A stretch of DNA of 64,000 bases from Phycisphaerales bacterium (GTDB lineage: Bacteria > Planctomycetota > Phycisphaerae > Phycisphaerales > UBA1924), in contig OZ245777.1 in NCBI GenBank assembly GCA_965227775.1, forward strand, positions 864,001 through 928,000, written 5' to 3'. Below the pieces are notes generated by a model that was given only the letters and a program-made list of their open reading frames with translations, made no database searches and was not told where the DNA came from. Shown piece after piece: positions 48,756 through 58,797 of this stretch. Made by a program: the position numbers and the translations under genes. Each line of letters opens with the position of its first letter. Positions within the stretch are counted from its first letter, which is position 1.

Positions 48756-49715
48756 TCAGGTCGCCGCCCGGCGGCGCCTTGGCTGGAAGATGGCCGTTCC
48801 ACGGGCCGGTGCGCGAAGATCGCGGACCGGCCCGTTGCTCACGCGCTCCATCGCGCTCTTGGCCATGTCGGGCGAAAATTCGCAGCCGACGTACCGCCGG
48901 TCGAGCGCTGTGGCCGCGACGGCCGTCGTCCCGCTGCCCGTGAAAGGATCGAGCACGAGGTCGCCCTCGTTGCTCGTCGCACGGACGACGCGGGCGAGAT
49001 AAAGCTCGGGCAGTTGGTTGTCGTGCTTGCCGCGCCGCTCGGCGTTGTTGCCCTGGATGCGGCCCCAGTACTGCCCGTACCACACGTCCATTGGCAGGCG
49101 CATACCGGCGGGCATGCCATCCTTCTTGTCCATCGTGCGCGGGTCGAAGTACGTCGTTGCGCGATCGCTGGGCTCGAGCACTTCTTCGGGGTTCCAGGTG
49201 CGGTTCTTCGGGTCCTTGCAAAAGTACAGCACGTGCACCTTGCTGTTGATGAAGCGGCCCGTCGTGTTCTGCCCGAAGCGGTAGTGCCAGACGCACCAGT
49301 TGACCATGTGCATGCCGCGCTGCTTGAGGTGCACCACGATCTCGGCGGCCCAGTCGTCGGGGATGTTGATCCACAGGCTGCCCGTTGGCTTGAGGGCCTG
49401 GATGCACAGATCGATCCATCGTTGGGTGAACGCGGTCACCTCACCCGGCTCTCCGAAGCTCTGCGCCACATCGCAGTACTCCTTGTCGGGCATCGAGTCG
49501 TCCCACTTGTCGTAGCCGCGGGCCCAGTTAAAAGGTGGGTCCGCGAAGACGAGGTCGACCTGGCCCTTCGCGCAATCCGGAATCTTCGGCAACAGCTCCC
49601 GGCAATCGCCCACGTACACGCGGCAGTCGGGCAGGCTCTTGCCCTTCGGGCGCAAGGGCTTTGGCAGCTTCGACTTCGGCGTGGGCTTGGGTGTGGTGGT
49701 TGCGGCGGCGGGCAT
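48756..49715 (-). CDS. Orphan N4-C/N6-A DNA methyltransferase (beta class)
   Basis: Catalytic FADPPFN lies N-terminal to SAM-binding VLDPFTGSGTT; no adjacent endonuclease gene. Confidence 0.9.
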   Translation of the reverse strand: MPAAATTTPKPTPKSKLPKPLRPKGKSLPDCRVYVGDCRELLPKIPDCAKGQVDLVFADPPFNWARGYDKWDDSMPDKEYCDVAQSFGEPGEVTAFTQRWIDLCIQALKPTGSLWINIPDDWAAEIVVHLKQRGMHMVNWCVWHYRFGQNTTGRFINSKVHVLYFCKDPKNRTWNPEEVLEPSDRATTYFDPRTMDKKDGMPAGMRLPMDVWYGQYWGRIQGNNAERRGKHDNQLPELYLARVVRATSNEGDLVLDPFTGSGTTAVAATALDRRYVGCEFSPDMAKSAMERVSNGPVRDLRAPARGTAIFQPRRRRAAT

Positions 49716-49847
49716 CGAGCAGTGTACCGCGGTCTAGCGCAATGCGCCACCGAGGGTGTTGGACGAGCCGCGTGCGCGCCGATAGGTTCTGCCCGGCCCG
49801 ATCGATGTTGCCCGGGCCACCGTTTCGCGGAGAGAGAGGTCGTTTCC

Positions 49848-50084
49848 GTGCGAGAAGACGTGCGCAAGAGCACGGCCGGGCCCTGGTCGAGCCCGGCCGT
49901 TCGTGCCATCCGCCTCGGCGGGTTGTGCGTCGTCGCGGCGGCCGGCCTGATGGCCGCGGGTGCGCTCGTCGTCCGCCAGCCCACGCCCACCGCGGGGTGG
50001 GTTGGCCTGGGGCTGCTGGTGCTGCCGGGCCTGGCCCTTGGCGCGCTCGCGCTGCACAGGGCTGTGCGGCTCAGCCGCGGCTAG
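49848..50084 (+). CDS. Small two-TM membrane protein
   Basis: GTG start after purine-rich GAGAGAGG; two hydrophobic helices. Confidence 0.55.
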   Translation: MREDVRKSTAGPWSSPAVRAIRLGGLCVVAAAGLMAAGALVVRQPTPTAGWVGLGLLVLPGLALGALALHRAVRLSRG

Positions 50085-50091
50085 CGGTGCT

Positions 50092-50640
50092 TCAGCTCGC
50101 GCCGGCCGTCTCGAGGGCCGGCGCCTGCGGCAGGTCGACGTCGGTGCCGTTCACGTGGTTGAAGTAGTTCGTGAAGAAGTTCAACGCCACCGCCGCGATG
50201 ACCTCGACCACGTCGCCGTCGTCGTAGCCGGCGCTCTTGAAGGCGTTCAGGTCGCCCTCGTCGGCGAACCCCTTCTTCTCGAGCAGCGACCGGGTGAAGG
50301 TGACCAGAGCGCCCAGCTTCGCGTCGTCGATGTCGCCGCGGCGGGCCGCGATGGTCTGAGCCTCGCTCAGACCCGCGCCCTTGCCGATGTGCGTGTGGGC
50401 CGCCAGGCAGTACTCGCAGTCGTTCTGCTGGGCGGTCACGAGCGCGACGATCTCGCGCTCGGCGGCGGTCAGGCTGCCCTCGGCCAGCGCGCCGCTCATG
50501 CCCAGGTAGGCCTGGAGGCCCGCGGGCGAGTTGGCCATGCCCTTGAAGATGTTCAGGTGCATGCCCTTCAGCGGGCCGTCGAAGATCTCCTTGGCCTTGC
50601 CGGTGGCGCTGCTCGGGTCGATCGTGTTCAGGCGTGGCAT
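50092..50640 (-). CDS. AhpD/carboxymuconolactone decarboxylase family peroxidase-related protein
   Basis: EREIVAL...NDCEYCLAAH motif; SD AAGGAG. Confidence 0.92.
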   Translation of the reverse strand: MPRLNTIDPSSATGKAKEIFDGPLKGMHLNIFKGMANSPAGLQAYLGMSGALAEGSLTAAEREIVALVTAQQNDCEYCLAAHTHIGKGAGLSEAQTIAARRGDIDDAKLGALVTFTRSLLEKKGFADEGDLNAFKSAGYDDGDVVEVIAAVALNFFTNYFNHVNGTDVDLPQAPALETAGAS

Positions 50641-50746
50641 CGTGTTCTCCTTGCGACTGTCAGGGTTGCTGGTTCAGACTCGTGCAGGGGCGAACCGGGG
50701 CGGGGCCGGCCATATTCTTGTATCTGCATTTAATTTTGCCGGACAT

Positions 50747-50775
50747 AAAGGAAGCCGGCCCACGAGGGGCCGGCT
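50747..50775 (-). terminator. Probable terminator of the histone-like gene
   Basis: AGCCGGCCC-N5-GGGCCGGCT hairpin followed by TCCTTT on the minus strand. Confidence 0.65.
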
Positions 50776-50816
50776 CCGAACGGACAATCGGGCCTTCCGG
50801 GGCCCTGCGAGGTGCC

Positions 50817-51740
50817 TTAGGCGGCGCGGCGACGCACGCTCGAGCGACGCGAGGCGAGCGTGAAGCTCCGCGTGGTCGAGGTGGCGCGACGGGCCGGGCT
50901 CTTGCGAGCGCTGGGCTTGCGGGCCGTCGTCTTGCGAGCGGTGCTGCGGGCCTTGGTCGTGGTCCGCTTGGCCGTCGAACGCTTGGCGGCCGGCTTGGTG
51001 GTCCGGGCCTTCGTGTTCCGGGCCTTCGTGTTCCGGGCCTTGGTCGTGCGGGCCTTGCTGGTACGCGCCTTCGTGGTGCGGCTGGCGGTCTTGCGAGCCG
51101 ACGTGCGCGGCGTGCTCTTGCGAGCGGTACGACGCTTGGCGGTCGTGCTGGCCTTGCGAGCCGTGGTGCGCTTGGCGGTGGTGCGGGTAGAGGCCTTGCG
51201 GGCCGGGCTCTTGCGAGCGCTGGGCTTGCGGGCGGTCGTCTTCCGCGAGGTGGTCCGCTTGGCGGCGGTGCCGGTCTTGCGAGCGGTCGTGCGCTTGGCG
51301 GTACCGGTCTTGCGAGCGGTGGTGCGCTTGGCAGTGCCGGTCTTGCGAGCGGTCGTGCGCTTGGCGGTACCGGTCTTGCGAGCGGTGGTGCGCTTGGCAG
51401 TGCTGGCCTTGCGGGCCGTGGTGCGCTTGGCGGTACCGGTCTTGCGAGCGGTGGTGCGCTTGGCAGTGCTGGCCTTGCGGGCCGTGGTGCGCTTGGCGGC
51501 AGGCTTGGCCGTCTTGCGGGTCGGGCTCTTCCGAGCGGTGGTCCGCTTGGCGGTCGAGCTCGAGGTGCGGGAGGTCTTCCGGGCGGTGCTCTTGCGGGCG
51601 CCGGTCCGGCTGGTGGTGCGCTTGGCGGCGGTCTTGCTGCCGGTGGCGCGGGTGCGGCGCGACGGGGCCGTCCTGGCCGCGTGCGTGCGGCTGGCGGTTT
51701 TGCCGGTCGTGCGGCGGCGAGTCGAAGATGTCCTCTTCAT
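50817..51740 (-). CDS. Histone H1/Hc2-like basic repeat protein
   Basis: 307 aa almost entirely K/R/T/A/S with no D or E; tandem AKRTTARKxxT repeats; SD GGAG upstream; synonymous third-position variation among repeats supports this frame. Confidence 0.8.
   Translation of the reverse strand: MKRTSSTRRRTTGKTASRTHAARTAPSRRTRATGSKTAAKRTTSRTGARKSTARKTSRTSSSTAKRTTARKSPTRKTAKPAAKRTTARKASTAKRTTARKTGTAKRTTARKASTAKRTTARKTGTAKRTTARKTGTAKRTTARKTGTAKRTTARKTGTAAKRTTSRKTTARKPSARKSPARKASTRTTAKRTTARKASTTAKRRTARKSTPRTSARKTASRTTKARTSKARTTKARNTKARNTKARTTKPAAKRSTAKRTTTKARSTARKTTARKPSARKSPARRATSTTRSFTLASRRSSVRRRAA
51262..51497 (-). repeat. 33-bp tandem coding repeat (about 7 copies of AKRTTARK[TGT/AST])
   Basis: Unit approximately GCCAAGCGCACCACCGCTCGCAAGACCGGTACC on the minus strand. 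Confidence 0.9.
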
Positions 51741-51975
51741 AACGTGAATCTCCAGCGGGCCGCCTTCAGGTTGATCCCGGGAGGACCGATGTGGTCCTGC
51801 ACAGCCGGGCGATATGGTTCGTGCGGCCTGTTCCAGTTCGTCCGGCCGCCGTCAGTGGCGGATAACCCCGAACGCTGGGTCCATCGACGCAACATCACAC
51901 GCCCATGAGCGAATCCGACGAAAAAAGATAAAACCGACCTCCGACGCGCAAAACCCGCGCATAAGAAAGCCAGCC

Positions 51976-53394
<1,419 letters not shown>

Positions 53395-53397
53395 GAA

Positions 53398-53703
53398 ATG
53401 CCCACGTATGACTACGAGATCTTGGACAAGAAGGGCGAGCCCACGGGCGAGACCTTCGAGTACGTCCAGCGCATGGCCGACGAGCCGCTGACCAAGCATC
53501 CCGAGACCGGCCAGCCCTGCCGCCGCGCGATCAGCGCGCCCGCCATCGCCGGCAAGTGGAGCGACCTCAACAAGACCCAGATGAGCAACAAACGTCTCGG
53601 CGAACTCGGCTTCACCAAGTTCGAGAAGAAGGGCGACGGCTACTACGAGCGTACGGCCGGCAACGAAGGGCCCAAGACGATCAACGCCGACGACTATCTC
53701 TAG
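53398..53703 (+). CDS. FmdB-family zinc-ribbon-like protein lacking CxxC pairs
   Basis: MPTYDYE...FEYVQRMADEPLTKHPETGQPCRRAIS aligns by eye to the FmdB consensus MPIYEYRC..C...FE..Q.MSD.PL..CP.CG. Confidence 0.8.
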   Translation: MPTYDYEILDKKGEPTGETFEYVQRMADEPLTKHPETGQPCRRAISAPAIAGKWSDLNKTQMSNKRLGELGFTKFEKKGDGYYERTAGNEGPKTINADDYL

Positions 53704-54437
53704 CGGACCAGCCCATCGAGCCCACCGAGCCCCACCGGCTCCTTCGTAAAGAACCCCTCTCCCGCCTCAACACCGATCCGACTGCCGAGATACGTCGCGC
53801 TCGCCTCGACCCAGTCGACGACCCTGCGGTTCTTCTCGGGCAGCACGAACTGCGTGTGGTACGCGCGGATTGATTCGATCTTGCGCTCAACGTAGCCGGT
53901 GACGTCCAGTACGAAGCTCGGGTTGGCCACCCAGCGCAGGTGCGTGGCGTAGTAATAGAACAGCCACTTGGGGTAGATCGGCTCGCCCGCTGCCATCGCC
54001 TCGGGCACCGGCATATCGATGCCGGTCAGCTTCGCATCGAACCGCGCGTCCTCGACGATCCGCGTCACCGCGCGATGGTCCGGGTGCGCATCCTCGAAGA
54101 AGGGGGTGAACACGATGCTCGCCTGGTGCGCGCGGATCACGCCGGCGATGGCGTGCCGGTTCTCGATCGTGTGCTCGACGAAGCGGTTGGGCAGCCCCAG
54201 CAACACACGCCGCACGGGCTTGGCGTCTGGAAGCTTTGCCGGATCGGGCGACAGGATCTCCGCCGCCTTCTTCGCCTCCTCGGCCCGCGTCACCGGATCG
54301 CCATAGGGCGTGGGCTCGCCGTTGGTGACATCGAGCAGCAGCACGTCGTGCCCCTGCTCGGCCAGCTTGGCGATAGCGCCGCCCATGCCGAGCTCTTGAT
54401 CATCAGGATGCGGTCCGACGACGAGGATGTTGGCCAT
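53700..54437 (-). CDS. PIG-L family deacetylase (BshB1-like)
   Basis: ILVVGPHPDDQELGMGG, HPDH and AYHTQF motifs. Confidence 0.88.
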   Translation of the reverse strand: MANILVVGPHPDDQELGMGGAIAKLAEQGHDVLLLDVTNGEPTPYGDPVTRAEEAKKAAEILSPDPAKLPDAKPVRRVLLGLPNRFVEHTIENRHAIAGVIRAHQASIVFTPFFEDAHPDHRAVTRIVEDARFDAKLTGIDMPVPEAMAAGEPIYPKWLFYYYATHLRWVANPSFVLDVTGYVERKIESIRAYHTQFVLPEKNRRVVDWVEASATYLGSRIGVEAGEGFFTKEPVGLGGLDGLVR

Positions 54438-54466
54438 GGGCGGAGGGTACGGCCCGGAATCTCTCG

Positions 54467-54916
54467 CTACCGCCGCTGCCCCACCGCGACCAGCCCGTAC
54501 TTCACCGGCGGCTCGCCCTCGACTTCTTCGACCGCCAGTTCGACCAGCGCGAGCAGCTCCGGTCGCTCGGCCGCGAAGAAGCCGCCCGCGCCAAAGCGCC
54601 GGCCCTGCTCGTCGACGAACCGTGCGAGCGGGAGCTCCAGCGTCTGGCCGATGGCCAGACCGTCGATCTCGTAGCCGTACCGCCCGTTGAGCCAGAGCAT
54701 GCCCTGGCCGAAGCTGCGGCCGGTGGTGTTGGTCAGTCGCAGTCGTGTGCCGGCACGGAAGGCGTGGATGTCGAGCGTCTCGACGCGGTCGCTGGCCTGC
54801 GGATAGACCGGCCCGCTGTCGAGCTCGCCCGTCGACGCGCAGCCTGTCAGGCCGCATGCAACGCCCAGGATCACGATGGCAACGCTCCGCCGCATCGCCA
54901 ATGGTGCCCCGGCCAT
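54467..54916 (-). CDS. Hypothetical lipoprotein
   Basis: MRRSVAIVILGVACGLTGC lipobox; alternative start 54895. Confidence 0.7.
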   Translation of the reverse strand: MAGAPLAMRRSVAIVILGVACGLTGCASTGELDSGPVYPQASDRVETLDIHAFRAGTRLRLTNTTGRSFGQGMLWLNGRYGYEIDGLAIGQTLELPLARFVDEQGRRFGAGGFFAAERPELLALVELAVEEVEGEPPVKYGLVAVGQRR

Positions 54917-54945
54917 GCCGCCGCGTCCACTACCATTGTCGACCC

Positions 54946-56166
54946 ATGTCGTGCGAGACCGCTTCACGCAACGCCACCGCACCCACGCCGGGCATCGCCC
55001 CCGGCGGCGAGGGGCTCGATGCGCGCGCCATCGCCCGCGAGATCGGCCGCTCAGGCGTGCACCCGCACCTGCCCGCAACAGTTCCCGGCATGGACGCCCC
55101 TTTCTACCAGGCCGGGCTGGCGGGCTACTCCGACGCGGCGATGCGGATCATCGCCCGCCGCCACGGTTGCCCGCTGTGCGTCACCGAGGCCCTGCTCGAC
55201 CGCACCCTGTTGGCGGGTGGCCGCGGCTTTGCGAAGGCCGACCTGGGCGAGCTGCACGACAACGTGCCCGGCGGCGAGGACGATCACCCCCTCGTCGGCC
55301 AGATCATGGGCAGCGACCCCGGCGAGATGGCCGCCGCGGCGATCAAGATGGTCGAGCAAGGCAGCCGGCGACCCAAGGAGTATCGCAAGCTTGCCGAGGG
55401 CGGCGAGCTATCCATCGAGCACGTCAGCGAGTCTTCCTTCCAGGCCATCGACATCAACCTCGCCTGCCCCGTCAAGAAGATCGCGCGCAAGGCGCGCGGC
55501 GGGCACTGGCTCGCCGAGCCCGATGGCGCGATCGACATCTTGAAGGCGGTGCGCGATGCACTGCCCGAATCGCTACCCATGACGCTCAAGATCCGCCGCA
55601 GCTTCGACGACACGCCCGAGATGGCGCGCAACTTCATGCGCATCTTCGACGCCGCGTACGACCTGGGCTACGCCTGGGCCACCGTGCACGCGCGCACCGT
55701 GCAGCAGAAGTACGTCGGGCCCAGCCGGTGGGACCTCCTACGCGACATCGTGCAGCAGCGCCCCGGCAGCGTGGTCTTCGGCTCGGGTGACATCTGGAAC
55801 GTGGAAGACATCTTCCGCATGATCGGCTACACCGGTGTCGCTGGCGTCAGCATCGCCCGCGGCTGCATCGGTAACCCCTGGATCTTTCGGCAGGCCCGAG
55901 ACCTGATGGCCGGCGACGAACCACGCTCCCCCACCATCGCCGAGCAGCGGCAGGTGCTCGAGGACCACTTCGAGCTCGCCCTGCGCGTCAATGCCCACGT
56001 GCGCGACCCCGAGTACCACACCGGCAAGACCATGCGCAAGTTCGCCATCCGCTTTGCGCACCACCACCCGGCGGGAGACGAGGTGCGCAAGCGGTTCATT
56101 GGGGTGAAGGGGTTGGAGGATTGGCGGGGGGTGCTTGGGGAGTGGTATTTGGAGGATACACACTAG
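54946..56166 (+). CDS. tRNA-dihydrouridine synthase (DusB-like)
   Basis: AGLAGYSD, GQIMGS, DINLACPVKK, TVHART, GSGDI and ARGCIGNPWIF motifs. Confidence 0.93.
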   Translation: MSCETASRNATAPTPGIAPGGEGLDARAIAREIGRSGVHPHLPATVPGMDAPFYQAGLAGYSDAAMRIIARRHGCPLCVTEALLDRTLLAGGRGFAKADLGELHDNVPGGEDDHPLVGQIMGSDPGEMAAAAIKMVEQGSRRPKEYRKLAEGGELSIEHVSESSFQAIDINLACPVKKIARKARGGHWLAEPDGAIDILKAVRDALPESLPMTLKIRRSFDDTPEMARNFMRIFDAAYDLGYAWATVHARTVQQKYVGPSRWDLLRDIVQQRPGSVVFGSGDIWNVEDIFRMIGYTGVAGVSIARGCIGNPWIFRQARDLMAGDEPRSPTIAEQRQVLEDHFELALRVNAHVRDPEYHTGKTMRKFAIRFAHHHPAGDEVRKRFIGVKGLEDWRGVLGEWYLEDTH

Positions 56167-56177
56167 CGAAGCAGAGA

Positions 56178-56399
56178 CTACCGACTACGGCGCTCTATTG
56201 CTGCGTCTGCTGCGTCCCAAATCAGGATCGTTGCTACGAGATAGACGATCGACAGGATGATCCCGATGGGCCAAGCAAGCCATTGGAATCCAGGAGAAAG
56301 CAGTCCTGTCAGAAAACCCGCAGCCACTCCCCCGACAAGTCCTGCGCAAACGCAAAAGAAAAGAAGCTCCCAGCCTTTGCCAGTCTTCTTATCTCCCAC
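56178..56399 (-). CDS. Small low-GC two-TM protein
   Basis: 73-aa ORF with two hydrophobic helices starting 14 nt after the pgpH-like stop; atypical composition. Confidence 0.55.
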   Translation of the reverse strand: MGDKKTGKGWELLFFCVCAGLVGGVAAGFLTGLLSPGFQWLAWPIGIILSIVYLVATILIWDAADAAIERRSR

Positions 56400-56412
56400 G
56401 GGATTGTCTCAC

Positions 56413-58797
56413 TTAAGCCCGCTTCTCCCCACCCCCCGGATACGCGATCCGACCGTGGTAGATGCTCGCCACCGTCTTGCTGATCGAATCCCCCACCGCG
56501 TCCAGTTCCTTCAACGTCAAGTCGCAGTCGTCGAACTGCCCATCGGTCAATCGCTTCTGGGCGAGGCGGCGCACGAGCTGGTCGATGCGGCTCGGGGTCG
56601 GGTCGGCCATCGTGCGCGTGGCGCTCTCGACGGCGTCGGCCAGCATGAGGATGGCGCACTCCTTCGTGCGCGGCTTCGGGCCGGGGTAGCGATACTCCAT
56701 CTCGCTGGGCTCGCTCACCAGGTCGCCCTCGCGGGCCTCGCGCTTGCTGACGGTTCCCGGTTCGGCCGACGCGCCCTGGGTAACCGCCCGGCTCTCTCGC
56801 GCGGCCTCGGCCTCGTCGGCGGCCTTCTGCTTAGCGCGGTGGTAGAAGTACTCCACCAGCGTTGTGCCGTGGTGCGCCTCGATGTAGTGGTGCAGCGTGC
56901 GCGGCAGGCCGAACTCGCGGGCAAGCTCCACGCCGTCCTTCACGTGGCCCACGATGACCAGCAAGCTCATGGCCGGGCTCAGCTTGTCGTGCTTGTTGGG
57001 TCCGCCGGCCTGGTTCTCCACGAAGTACTCGGGCTTGTTCATCTTTCCCACGTCGTGGTAGAGCGCGCCCACGTACGTCTGCAGCGCATCGGCGCCGATG
57101 GCGTCTGCCGCGGCCTCGGCAATCGATGCGACGTTCATCGAGTGGTTGTACGTGCCCGGCGCGCGGCGTTGCAGCTCCTTTAGCAGCGGGTGCTTGGGAT
57201 CGCGCAGCTCGATGAGCTTCATGCCCGTCGTGATATCGAACGCCTTCTCCACGCTCGGCAGGATGAACAGCACGATGCCCGCCGTCGCCAGCCCGCCACT
57301 GGCGGCAAAGCCCATGTCCCACGAGAGCTCAAGCAAGCCGCGGCCCGAGAGCGGACGCCCCAGCAGCCCGCCGCCCAGCGCCGCCGCCGCGAGTGCCAGC
57401 GCCGTCGCCACGCCCGCTCGCACGAAGGCTCGACGATCGCGGATCTCGCTGAGCTGCCACGCCGCCGTCGCCGCACCAGCCAGGGGGATGAGTGCGAACC
57501 ACGAAGGCCGGCTCAACGCCACCGTCACGAGCACGGCGTGTCCGGCCGAGATCGCCAGCGCCACGCGCGCGTCGTACGCGATCGCAAGCAGCATCGAGAG
57601 CAGTAGCGTGGGCGCGACGGCCAGCAGCATCGTCAGCCGCGGCTCCAGCGCCGTCGACCACACCGCGATCGCAAAGCAGCACACGAAGAGGCCCGCGATG
57701 CCCAGCATGCGCTCGGGGTTGCGCGTCACGCGCGGGCAGTACCACGCGAGGTACACCGTCAGCCCGAGCACGATCAGCACGCACACCGCGGCCGAGCCCG
57801 CCAGCCGCGAGCCCAGCGAGAAGACGCCGCGCGTGCTCGAGACCGCGTCGCGCTCGCTCCGCAGCAGGCCGATGGTCTCGAGCCCGACCGATTCACCGCG
57901 TCGCACGATGATCTGGCCGGCCTGCACCTCGACGAACGCCTCGTCGACGCCCTCGACCGCTTCGGTCTGACGCGCCGCCGACTGCGCCTCGTCCATGCGA
58001 TACGTCGGTTCTGTCTGGTTCGCGAGCCGGCCGACCACGAGCGACCGCAGCGCGGCCTCGCTGAGCTGAGCCTCGGTCGCCAGCCTTTCGGCGGCTTCGC
58101 GCCGCGCCTCGGGGCTGCCGCTGTTGACCAGATTGGCCGCGGTCGTATGGATCGTCGAGCCCTGCTCGCCGCGGAGCCAGATGACCGCGGTCTCGCCCGC
58201 CTCGCTGCCGCCCAGCTGGGCGCTGCGCTGGCGTTCGGTCTGCCACGTTGCGGACTCGACGAACGGCCGCCGCTCGATGGCCGTCCGCAGGCGCGCCATC
58301 GCCTCGCCCCATCGCGGCGCGACGGCATCCTCGGTCACGAGCGCACGCATGGCGGCCAATTCTTCCGCGTCGAGATCAAACCGCGATCGGATCTCCGGCG
58401 CCACGTCGTCGAGCGTGAGCGCGTCCTTCAGCGTCAACGGAAGTTGCGCGAGCGCCTCGACGGTGCTGCGTAGCTCGGGCCTAGGAACGAAGATCCTGGC
58501 AGCCCGATCGCGCGCAAGCGTGCGCTGCTCGTCGGTGCGCGCTGGATCGGGCATGCTGAATGCCTCGCGCGCTACCACCGTCTCGTCGGCCAGGCGGCCC
58601 ATCGGCATCAGCGGCTGGCCGCTGGACCACCACGTGAGCACCGTCAGCATCGCGGCCGAGGCCGAGGCGATGATGACCGCGTACCCCGTGCGCGGGTTCG
58701 TCAGCAGCCGCTTGAATCTCTCGGCCGGCGTCGCACGCTCACGCCGCAGCGTCACGCGGCGACCGGAGCTCTTGGACTTTTGCCAAGGCCAACGCAT
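56413..58797 (-). CDS. 7TM-HD family phosphohydrolase (PgpH/YqfF-like)
   Basis: N-terminal TM, extracellular domain, ~7 TM, then APGTYNHS, YHDVGK, YFVENQ, HHGT and LADAVESA. Confidence 0.92.
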   Translation of the reverse strand: MRWPWQKSKSSGRRVTLRRERATPAERFKRLLTNPRTGYAVIIASASAAMLTVLTWWSSGQPLMPMGRLADETVVAREAFSMPDPARTDEQRTLARDRAARIFVPRPELRSTVEALAQLPLTLKDALTLDDVAPEIRSRFDLDAEELAAMRALVTEDAVAPRWGEAMARLRTAIERRPFVESATWQTERQRSAQLGGSEAGETAVIWLRGEQGSTIHTTAANLVNSGSPEARREAAERLATEAQLSEAALRSLVVGRLANQTEPTYRMDEAQSAARQTEAVEGVDEAFVEVQAGQIIVRRGESVGLETIGLLRSERDAVSSTRGVFSLGSRLAGSAAVCVLIVLGLTVYLAWYCPRVTRNPERMLGIAGLFVCCFAIAVWSTALEPRLTMLLAVAPTLLLSMLLAIAYDARVALAISAGHAVLVTVALSRPSWFALIPLAGAATAAWQLSEIRDRRAFVRAGVATALALAAAALGGGLLGRPLSGRGLLELSWDMGFAASGGLATAGIVLFILPSVEKAFDITTGMKLIELRDPKHPLLKELQRRAPGTYNHSMNVASIAEAAADAIGADALQTYVGALYHDVGKMNKPEYFVENQAGGPNKHDKLSPAMSLLVIVGHVKDGVELAREFGLPRTLHHYIEAHHGTTLVEYFYHRAKQKAADEAEAARESRAVTQGASAEPGTVSKREAREGDLVSEPSEMEYRYPGPKPRTKECAILMLADAVESATRTMADPTPSRIDQLVRRLAQKRLTDGQFDDCDLTLKELDAVGDSISKTVASIYHGRIAYPGGGEKRA

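Noticed and set aside
48756..50084. Restriction-modification or defence island around the methyltransferase
   Set aside because: No endonuclease, mobility gene or compositional shift nearby; it appears to be an orphan MTase.
51262..51497. Tandem 33-bp repeats as a possible CRISPR array
   Set aside because: No unique spacers, the repeats are in-frame coding, and no cas genes are present.
50860..51747. 295-aa plus-strand ORF of VLRAVVRLA repeats
   Set aside because: Antisense shadow of the basic repeat gene; SD, terminator and codon pattern favour the minus strand.
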